DNA of 36,879 nucleotides from a virus: IMG/VR virus record IMGVR_UViG_3300045988_121423, positions 1 to 36,879 of that record; one strand, 5' to 3'. Shown piece by piece: positions 15,847 to 22,605 of this stretch (position 1 is its first letter; each line of letters starts with the position of its first letter). The notes under the pieces were generated by a model. It saw only the letters and a program-made list of their open reading frames with translations, ran no database searches and was not told where the DNA came from. The position numbers and the translations under genes were made by a program.

Positions 15847-17340
15847 CTACTTGGGGTCGAGCGGCTTGAAGTTCGGGTTCGTTTTCGCCAGGTCGTCGGC
15901 TGCCGTGTGGTCGCCCTCTATCCTCTTGAAAAGGGCGGCGTGCCTGCCTATCGGCTTCGGTTTCGCCGTCTTCTTCAGCGTGGCGATGATTCCGCTGAAC
16001 ACGCGCCGCTGCTCGCCTGCGGTGAGGGTGGGGAAGTCGGACGGCTCCATGCCCTGGCGCTTCATCTCGTCGGCGATGGCGCGCTTGACGGCGGTCTTGC
16101 TCACGCCCGCCCTGGCCATGGCGGCCTGCGCGGCCTTGCCGGCCAGCAGCTCGTCGACCTTGCGCCCGCTCGACGCGATGCGGGCGCCGCCGGCCATGTC
16201 GCCGGCCCACTCGCGCGCCGGATGGCGGTGCAGCACGGGCCTGCCCGTGACGCTCAGGGCGTTCGACTCGGCCACCAGGCGGCGCATGGCGTCCTGTCTG
16301 CGGGCCAGCAGCTCCTGGGCCTTCACGACCTCTGCGCGCGCCGCAGGGCTTGGCGCCGCGTCGTGGCAGATGCGGGCGCCGCTCAGCTCGCGCTTGGCCT
16401 CGCGGATGGCGCGTTCTCCCGCTCGCTGGCGCTGCTCCAGGGCGTACACCTGCTCGCCCGGCAGGCCGCTGGCATGCTTGGGGTCGCGCTCGTAGGCGCG
16501 CTTGGCGCCCGGCAGGTACGGGCCGAAGCTGTGGCGGCAGTTCGCGCCGAGCAGGCCGTCCACCGAGCCGTAGCCCGTGGCGGCCTCCAGGCCGTCGTAG
16601 GTGCGCCCGTCGACCGTCACCGTCCCGCGCCAGCCGTAGACCTGGCCCTGCCACGACGCATGCGTGGGCCGGGCGTTGGGGTGGCTGGAGACCTCGACCA
16701 GCTGGACGCCGTAGCGGTCCATGGTGTCGGCGGTCATGCGCGCCCCGTCCTGGGCTATCTGCGTGCGCACGTGGCGGCGCACGGCCACGTCGGCGCGGTT
16801 GGCCACGGTCGCGTTGCCGCCCGCGTCCACGTACTGCACGATGCGCACGCCGTCGCGCTCCAGCTGGCGGACCGCCGCGTGCAGCGCCCGCTCCGCCGTC
16901 TCCACGCCCGCGTTCACCTTGGCTATGGCGGCCGTGGACGCCTGCAGGAACGCCTCAACGGCTCCGCGCTCCATGCCCAGGTTGTCGCGCTCCAGGATGG
17001 CCGCCAGGCCGCGCAGCGTGGCCTCCATCTGGCGCGGCCACGCCTTCTCCGTGCCGGGCCTGCCGATGCGCTCCATGTCGTCGGCGTCCGATGGCCGCAG
17101 GTGCCTCTCGACCGTCGCGCGCAGCTCCGCGTCCACCTCGCCGGCGTGCGACGCGATGATGCGCCGCAGCTCGTCGGCGTGGGTCTGCCCGAGCAGCGCG
17201 GCGGCGGTAGCGCTCCTGGAGGTCACGCCGCCACCCGACAGCATCAGGCGCGCCAGGTAGTCCAGCATCTCGGCCTCGATGCCGCGGTATACGCGGGCCA
17301 GCTCCTCGCCGGCCTCCTCCAGCGCGTCCGGGGACAGCAT
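15847..17340 (-). CDS. Minor head protein (MuF / SPP1 gp7-like head morphogenesis protein)
   Basis: It is 497 aa from MLSPDALEE... and is encoded immediately after the portal gene, with the portal stop and its start in an ATGA overlap. It has Phage_Mu_F-like middle region. Confidence 0.8.
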   Translation of the reverse strand: MLSPDALEEAGEELARVYRGIEAEMLDYLARLMLSGGGVTSRSATAAALLGQTHADELRRIIASHAGEVDAELRATVERHLRPSDADDMERIGRPGTEKAWPRQMEATLRGLAAILERDNLGMERGAVEAFLQASTAAIAKVNAGVETAERALHAAVRQLERDGVRIVQYVDAGGNATVANRADVAVRRHVRTQIAQDGARMTADTMDRYGVQLVEVSSHPNARPTHASWQGQVYGWRGTVTVDGRTYDGLEAATGYGSVDGLLGANCRHSFGPYLPGAKRAYERDPKHASGLPGEQVYALEQRQRAGERAIREAKRELSGARICHDAAPSPAARAEVVKAQELLARRQDAMRRLVAESNALSVTGRPVLHRHPAREWAGDMAGGARIASSGRKVDELLAGKAAQAAMARAGVSKTAVKRAIADEMKRQGMEPSDFPTLTAGEQRRVFSGIIATLKKTAKPKPIGRHAALFKRIEGDHTAADDLAKTNPNFKPLDPK

Positions 17341-18746
17341 CAGAATCCCTCGTCCACGACGGCGGCGGAGGGCACGGCCTCGGCCGCCTCCTGCTCGCTG
17401 AAGCCGTGCCACTCCATGAGGTAGCGCTGCTTCAGCGCTGGCACGCCCAGGGCCGCTATCTCGGCCAGGGCCATGTTCTTCTCGGTCTGCGTGTCGGTGA
17501 TCACGCTGTCGTCGAACTGGACCATGACCGCGCCGAAGTCCTCCTCGATTGCCGCGCCGCAGTGGATGCGCGCGCAGTTGAGCAGGCTGGTCACCACGCG
17601 CTGGATGGCGCCGCGCAGCACGTTCTCGTGCTTGCGGACGTTGCGCATCAGCGCGGAGTTGTCGGCCGTCACCTCGGTGGCGGTCTTCATGCCGCCGCCC
17701 TTGTCAAGCGCGAAGTACTGCTGGCCGAAGCCGCACAGCTCGCCCAGCTCCGCCAGGGCCACGTCGAACGCGCTGCGCAGCGGCTCGATGCGGATGTTTG
17801 GGCTGTAGATGTCGATGAGGTCCTTGGTGACGTCCTTGCCGGCCAGGCGGCGGAACAGGCGGCCGTCCACCTTCGGCGAAGGTATGACCTTGCCGTCCTT
17901 GCTGCGCACGTCCACCATGCTCTCGTCCACGAACACCTTGGCGGCGGTCAGCTCGACCTCCTGGAACATGGAGTCGTAGGCAAGGTCCACGGCCTTGACT
18001 GCGTCCACCGCGTCGGCGAACACGCTCTGTCCGTACGGGGACAGGTCCACGTACGTGTTCTCCAGCGCCGGCTTCACGATGCCGAACGTGGGGCAGGCCT
18101 GCTCCGTGTCGAAGTCCTCCAGGATGCCGGCGGCCTCGGCGTCCTGCTCGCGGGAGTCCACGAACAGGTACGTGCGGATGTGGTAGCTGGCCGTCTCGGC
18201 GTCCCAGGCGTGCACCTGCAGCTGGTCGGCGCGCTTGCCCTTCACGCTCGCGCGCGTCACGAACGCGCACTCCGCCACGCCCTCCTCGTCCCAGGACAGC
18301 GGGCGCACCATGCGGGCGTCGTAGCGGCGCACCTTCACCTCGGCGCCGCCGTCCCGCACGTCGAACCACAGCGCCCAGGCCGCCGTGCCGAGCGCGAACG
18401 CCTTCTCCACGATCAGCTGCCCGGTCGGCCAGAAGTTCGCGCGGTCGAGGAAGTCCTGCAGCCACTCGTTGGCCGCGGCGCCCTCCACGCTCACCTGCGT
18501 GTCGTCGGTGACGAGCAGGCTGGCCCACTCGCTGGCCACGCGCTTGGCGGGGCGGATGGTCAGGCGGTCGCGCTTGCGCCGCTGCCCCTGCATGTCGGTG
18601 TATGCGTCCTTGTACCAGTCGGCCTTGCCGCTGTACCAGTCGTACCAGGCCTGGATGTAGGTGTCCATCGAGTTGTCGACGGAGTAGCCCAGCTCCTTCA
18701 GCTTCTTTGTCACGTGCGCCGGCACGCTGAACTCGTCGGTTGCCAT
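17340..18746 (-). CDS. Portal protein, SPP1 gp6-like
   Basis: It is 468 aa. Its position between the terminase/methyltransferase and MuF genes and its composition are typical of siphovirus portals. Confidence 0.85.
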   Translation of the reverse strand: MATDEFSVPAHVTKKLKELGYSVDNSMDTYIQAWYDWYSGKADWYKDAYTDMQGQRRKRDRLTIRPAKRVASEWASLLVTDDTQVSVEGAAANEWLQDFLDRANFWPTGQLIVEKAFALGTAAWALWFDVRDGGAEVKVRRYDARMVRPLSWDEEGVAECAFVTRASVKGKRADQLQVHAWDAETASYHIRTYLFVDSREQDAEAAGILEDFDTEQACPTFGIVKPALENTYVDLSPYGQSVFADAVDAVKAVDLAYDSMFQEVELTAAKVFVDESMVDVRSKDGKVIPSPKVDGRLFRRLAGKDVTKDLIDIYSPNIRIEPLRSAFDVALAELGELCGFGQQYFALDKGGGMKTATEVTADNSALMRNVRKHENVLRGAIQRVVTSLLNCARIHCGAAIEEDFGAVMVQFDDSVITDTQTEKNMALAEIAALGVPALKQRYLMEWHGFSEQEAAEAVPSAAVVDEGF

Positions 18747-18758
18747 CTTGCGGTCTCC

Positions 18759-19541
18759 TTATCCCCGCAGCCCGGCGATGACCGCGCGCTCGCGCGCGCT
18801 CAGTGTCCATCGCTCTGCTGCGGCTCGCTCTGCTGCGGCTCGCTCTGCTGCGGCTCGCTCTGCTGCGGCTCGCTCGCCCAGCAAAAGCCCGTCGCCGAAT
18901 ATCGCCTTGCCCTGGTCGCGCTGCATGTCCAGCGCGTCGATGCGCACGCACTCGTCGCGGCGCACGCCGAACTCCACGCCGTACTTGGCATAGCGCAGGA
19001 CCATGGCCGCCGTGGCCACCTCGTAGGGGTACTCGTATCGCGGCACGGTCCTGCGCTCGCGGCTCGCCTCGATGGCGGCGTTGACCTCGCGGGTGAGCCG
19101 CGGCGCGCTCTGCATCACGTACTCGCCGCCGCCCATGTTCGTGACGAACGAGGTGCGCACCTCGGCGCCGTTCTCGTACACCACGGCGCAGTCGGTGATG
19201 AGGTGGTTCATGCGCATGCACACGCCCGCGCCGCCCAGGCACGTCAGGCTCGGCGCGAACAGGAGGAACGGCACGTCGCGGTCGATGTAGAACGCGCAGA
19301 TGGCCGACAGGATGGAGAACGGCGGGTTGTCGATGACCGCGCAGCCCTCCGGGTACTCGAAGCGCTCGTAGTCGCCGCCGGGCCAGAACGGGCGAACGAC
19401 GCGGGCCGGGTCGATGCCGTACTCGCGGCACGCCCAGCCCTTGACGGCCTCGTAGACCAGCGGCGGCGTGTAGCAGTCGTCGGTGGTCTTCTTCGGCTTG
19501 AACTTCTCCACGAACTGCTCGTAGGTCTCGCCCTTGGCCAT
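18759..19541 (-). CDS. DNA N6-adenine methyltransferase (phage Dam family) with a C-terminal tandem pentapeptide repeat
   Basis: The N-terminal and core motifs are ...TDDCYTPPLVYEAVKGW... and ...GCAVIDNPPFS (the motif IV NPPF). The C-terminus is (AAERA)x4, encoded by a 15-bp repeat. Confidence 0.8.
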   Translation of the reverse strand: MAKGETYEQFVEKFKPKKTTDDCYTPPLVYEAVKGWACREYGIDPARVVRPFWPGGDYERFEYPEGCAVIDNPPFSILSAICAFYIDRDVPFLLFAPSLTCLGGAGVCMRMNHLITDCAVVYENGAEVRTSFVTNMGGGEYVMQSAPRLTREVNAAIEASRERRTVPRYEYPYEVATAAMVLRYAKYGVEFGVRRDECVRIDALDMQRDQGKAIFGDGLLLGERAAAERAAAERAAAERAAAERWTLSARERAVIAGLRG

Positions 19542-19544
19542 GCT

Positions 19545-21233
19545 CTATGCCGCCTTCCTGTATCCGCGCGCCCTGCGCGCCTCGTCCATCGTCGCGTAGC
19601 GGGTTGCGTCCACCCAGTGGTCGTTCCCGTCGGGTATCTCGTTGAGCACTTCGCCGTCCGGGGACTGCGCGTACTCCAGGGCCCGCACCTCCGCTGCCAG
19701 CATCGGGCAGCGCACGGGGTCGATGACCCACGCCGCGAGGCACTGCAGGAAGCGGTAGCTGGCCATGCGGCCCGGCTTCCCCTTGCCCGCAGCCCGGGCG
19801 TTCGCGCCGTGGTCGCGCTGCACGGCGATGGCCGTGGGGTCGCCGTCGTCGGACAGCACGGGCAGGTGGTGGTACTCGGGCGCGCGGCCCTCCCCGTCGC
19901 TCCACGTGAGCAGCGCCTTGACGCGCTCGGCCTGCTCGTCGGGCGGCAGCTTGTTCGCGCCGTCCTCGCAGAACGTCAGCAGCTCGCGCTGGCCGGGCCT
20001 CCACTCGCTGCCGGTCACGGCCCACGGGTCGGGGTACCAGCCGAAGTCCTGGCCGAAGCGCAGGCGCTCGAACTGCGCGATCTCCTCGTCGGTGATGGCG
20101 CGGAACACCACGTTGTCGAACACCTCGGTGCCGATGCCCACCGGCTCGCCCAGGTACTCGTGGCGGTACGCGCGCTCGTCGGTCCGCTTCAGCTCCTCGG
20201 CGTCGGCGATGAACTGCCCGCCCAGCCACTCCGGCGGCACGTCCAGGTACGTCGAGCGGAACACCGGCAGGCCCTCGGCCTCGCGTCGCTCCATCTCGGC
20301 GTTGACCCAGCAACGCTCCGAGCGCGGCGGGTTGAACGAGTACAGGCGCACGCAGCTCTCGCCGCCTCGCGTGAGCGACTGCGTGACCTTGCGCACCTCG
20401 GCCATGCCGCGGAACTGGTCGGCCTCCTCGAACCACACGCAGCCCACGTAGCCGAACGGCACCTTGATGGACTTGATCTTGTTCGCGTTGTCGCAGCCGC
20501 GGAAGATGATCTTCTGCCCCGTTGCCTTCTTGGTGATGCGCAGCGTGGACTCCGGCATGTCGTACTGGTCCTCCAGCCCGAGCGCGCGGATGGCCCACAC
20601 CACCTGGGCGTAGGCCGCGTCGCGCAGGTCCGCCTTGCGCTTCATGAGCACCACGGCGTGCTGGTCGGGGTTGCGCTCGATGTGGTTCACGACCTCCAGC
20701 GAGCAGAACGAGGACTTGCACGAGCCGCGCCCGCCCGCCAGCCAGATATCGCCCCGGTAGCCGTCGGCTATCATGCGGTGCGGCGCGAGGAAGCGCGGGC
20801 CCAGCAGCAGCGCGAAGTCCCGCACGAACGCGGGGCGCTCCTCGGGCTCGTCCTCCGGCAGCCACGCCATCAGGCGGTCGCTCGCGTCGGCCAGCGCCTT
20901 GACGGCCGGGGCGAGGTCCTTGTCCGCCAGGCTGTGCGCCTCCACGGCGGCCACGCCCTTGCGCAGCAGCATGGCCTGCGCGCCGACTATCTCCGCGCGC
21001 GTCACCACCGCCGCGGCGGCCGCCGCCTTCTGCAGCTCCTTGAGCCTCGCCGAAACCTCACGGCGCTTCTCCAGCTCGTAGGCGCGGTTGTCCACCGTGG
21101 CGGGCTTCCACCTCTCGCTGGACGGGAACGCGGACAGGTAGGCCCGGCGCTGCGTGGCGCCCTTGGCCCTCTCCTGGCAGTAGCGCTCCTGTGCCGGCGT
21201 TATGTCTCGTTTGCTGCTTCCCATGCCGGCCAT
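19545..21233 (-). CDS. Terminase large subunit with an N-terminal small-subunit-like domain
   Basis: The Walker A box is IWLAGGRGSCKSSF. The N-terminal 120 aa (ITPAQERYCQERAKGATQRRAYLSAF) are terminase-small-subunit-like, and the C-terminus is nuclease-like. Confidence 0.9.
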   Translation of the reverse strand: MAGMGSSKRDITPAQERYCQERAKGATQRRAYLSAFPSSERWKPATVDNRAYELEKRREVSARLKELQKAAAAAAVVTRAEIVGAQAMLLRKGVAAVEAHSLADKDLAPAVKALADASDRLMAWLPEDEPEERPAFVRDFALLLGPRFLAPHRMIADGYRGDIWLAGGRGSCKSSFCSLEVVNHIERNPDQHAVVLMKRKADLRDAAYAQVVWAIRALGLEDQYDMPESTLRITKKATGQKIIFRGCDNANKIKSIKVPFGYVGCVWFEEADQFRGMAEVRKVTQSLTRGGESCVRLYSFNPPRSERCWVNAEMERREAEGLPVFRSTYLDVPPEWLGGQFIADAEELKRTDERAYRHEYLGEPVGIGTEVFDNVVFRAITDEEIAQFERLRFGQDFGWYPDPWAVTGSEWRPGQRELLTFCEDGANKLPPDEQAERVKALLTWSDGEGRAPEYHHLPVLSDDGDPTAIAVQRDHGANARAAGKGKPGRMASYRFLQCLAAWVIDPVRCPMLAAEVRALEYAQSPDGEVLNEIPDGNDHWVDATRYATMDEARRARGYRKAA

Positions 21234-21249
21234 TGTCTGGCACGTGTCG

Positions 21250-21300
21250 CCTCTGAAACGAGGAAGGGCCGCCCCGAAGGACGGCCCTCTGCCTGTTTCC
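21250..21300 (-). terminator. Stem-loop terminator candidate at the end of the early/replication operon, upstream of the terminase gene
   Basis: On the minus strand the hairpin is gagggccg-tccttcgg-ggcggccct, followed by tcctcgtttc. Confidence 0.5.
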
Positions 21301-21311
21301 GTATTCGGTTG

Positions 21312-21443
21312 CCCCTATCCGCACGCCGCCATGGCCATGAGCCCGAGCGCCAGCGCCCTTATGGCGTAGATGGCCGCCGCGTCTATGGCGATTGCCGCCG
21401 CTATGAACAGCAGGCACCCCCAGTTGCATCCCGGGCGGTTCAT
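21312..21443 (-). CDS. Small hydrophobic membrane peptide (43 aa)
   Basis: Translation is MNRPGCNWGCLLFIAAAIAIDAAAIYAIRALALGLMAMAACG. Its start overlaps the upstream stop in an ATGA arrangement, and a GGAGGAG RBS precedes it. It is not in the ORF track because it is under 60 aa. Confidence 0.45.
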
Positions 21444-21661
21444 CGCTCCTCCCACTCGACGGTGCCGTCGTCGTACTCGGCCTTGAGCCATTCCAGGTAG
21501 TCGGCCTCCTCGCAGAAGCTGGCCAGCAGCCGCTTGCTGGTAGTGCAGCTGCTCATGCGGCTCGTCTCATACACGGCGATGAAGAAGGGCCACGAGTGGA
21601 ACTCCGTCTCCGTGTGGATGGCCCGCTCGGGCGTGCCGAAAAGGCGCTCCCAGTTCGTCAT
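21440..21661 (-). CDS. Hypothetical protein (73 aa)
   Basis: The product starts MTNWERLFGTPERAIHTE.... It has high GC3 and is translationally coupled on both sides. Confidence 0.5.
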   Translation of the reverse strand: MTNWERLFGTPERAIHTETEFHSWPFFIAVYETSRMSSCTTSKRLLASFCEEADYLEWLKAEYDDGTVEWEER

Positions 21662-21843
21662 CGCGCCCCCTCCTTCGCGCCCGGCCCGACCTTGCGGTAG
21701 GTGAAGTCCTCGAACAGGTGACCGCACCAGCGGCAGCGGTCGCCGCCCTTGGGCAGGTGGTGCCAGATCTCGCGCATGCCGCACTTCGGGCAGCGCACCT
21801 CGATACTGGGTCGGCGCTTCGGCTTCTCGGTCTGCTGCTCCAT
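21658..21843 (-). CDS. Small zinc-ribbon protein (61 aa)
   Basis: Translation is MEQQTEKPKRRPSIEVRCPKCGMREIWHHLPKGGDRCRWCGHLF... and carries a CxxC...CxxC arrangement. Confidence 0.5.
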   Translation of the reverse strand: MEQQTEKPKRRPSIEVRCPKCGMREIWHHLPKGGDRCRWCGHLFEDFTYRKVGPGAKEGAR

Positions 21844-21845
21844 GG

Positions 21846-22418
21846 CTACTCCACCGCCATCCGCATGGCCGGCTTCATGGACTCGCGCAGGCTCTTGGCA
21901 AACTTCTCGGCCGTTACCTCGGCCTTCACCTCCACGTTCACGTCGGGCATCGCGAAACCGTGCGCCTCTTCGGCCTTGAGGCAAGGCATGGCGGCGTCCT
22001 GGGCCGCGCCCTTGAGCGTCGGTGACGCTGTCACCCTCAGCTCGCAGCGCCCCAGCCACAGCTCGCACTCGTCCAGCTTCGTGAGCGCCAGGGCGCGCTC
22101 GCGGCTCGCCTCGTAGGCCGTCTCGATGCTCAGGCGCGCGTCCTTGACCGCGCCCGCCGCGAACTTCGTCGTCTCGGGACGGGCGCCATCCTCGCGCAGC
22201 TTTCGGTTGGCTTCCGCCAGCTGAAGCCCCAGCGCCTTGCGGCTCTTGTCCAGCGACTCGTTCCTGCGGCGCAGGCTGGCGTTCTCGCGCTTCAGCGCGG
22301 CCACCGCGTGGCTCTGCTGCTCGCCCCAGCAGTCCTCGCACAGCGGCGCGTCCACTCCCATGTTGTCCTGCCCCAGGGCGTCGATGTCGCGCCCGCAGGC
22401 CTCGCAGATGATTCCCAT
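21846..22418 (-). CDS. Hypothetical protein with an N-terminal zinc ribbon and a coiled-coil (190 aa)
   Basis: The N-terminus is MGIICEACGRDIDALG...CEDCW. An RBS (gaaggag) precedes the gene. Confidence 0.55.
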   Translation of the reverse strand: MGIICEACGRDIDALGQDNMGVDAPLCEDCWGEQQSHAVAALKRENASLRRRNESLDKSRKALGLQLAEANRKLREDGARPETTKFAAGAVKDARLSIETAYEASRERALALTKLDECELWLGRCELRVTASPTLKGAAQDAAMPCLKAEEAHGFAMPDVNVEVKAEVTAEKFAKSLRESMKPAMRMAVE

Positions 22419-22605
22419 GTTCGTTCTCCTTCGTTCGTTCGTATTTCGTCTAGTTGCATGGATGGCGGGGCGTGGCCACCGCGCACGAGTGCGGGCGCGG
22501 CTTCAGCCCGCACGCACGGCCCCGCCGCCATCCAACTAGTTGGTTTTGTCTGTATGGATACACTTATCCCTTTAGGGATAGTCCATACATACACGCAACA
22601 GCCGC
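22419..22605. promoter_or_regulatory. Structured intergenic region downstream of the primase-helicase gene. It is a candidate origin of replication or regulatory element.
   Basis: An AT-rich nested palindrome, tgtatgga-tacac-ttatccctttagggata-g-tccataca, is followed by a GC-rich imperfect hairpin of about 90 nt. The hairpin has outer arms ctagttggatggcggcgggg / ccccgccatccatgcaactag and an inner stem gtgcgggc-tgaagccgc-gcccgcac. A run of ttcg direct repeats is also present. Confidence 0.4.

Noticed and set aside
18805-18880. Short direct repeats in the methyltransferase gene as a CRISPR array
   Set aside because: The 15-bp units are contiguous with no spacers, lie in-frame inside a coding sequence, and are far shorter than CRISPR repeats.
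17406-21500. Very long plus-strand ORFs antisense to the structural and replication genes: 17406..21500 (1364 aa), 23401..28413 (1670 aa), 8029..10161, 8420..10486, 6616..8010 and others
   Set aside because: These are Ala/Arg/Gly/Leu-rich low-complexity translations of the antisense strand of a high-GC genome. They have no RBS and a poor codon-position GC pattern, and every region is already covered by well-supported minus-strand genes.
21658-22341. A 227-aa ORF overlapping the 190-aa zinc-ribbon/coiled-coil gene in another frame
   Set aside because: Only its last 61 codons, the zinc-ribbon protein 21658..21843, have coding-like composition and an RBS. The remainder is Arg/Gly-rich off-frame translation of the 190-aa gene.
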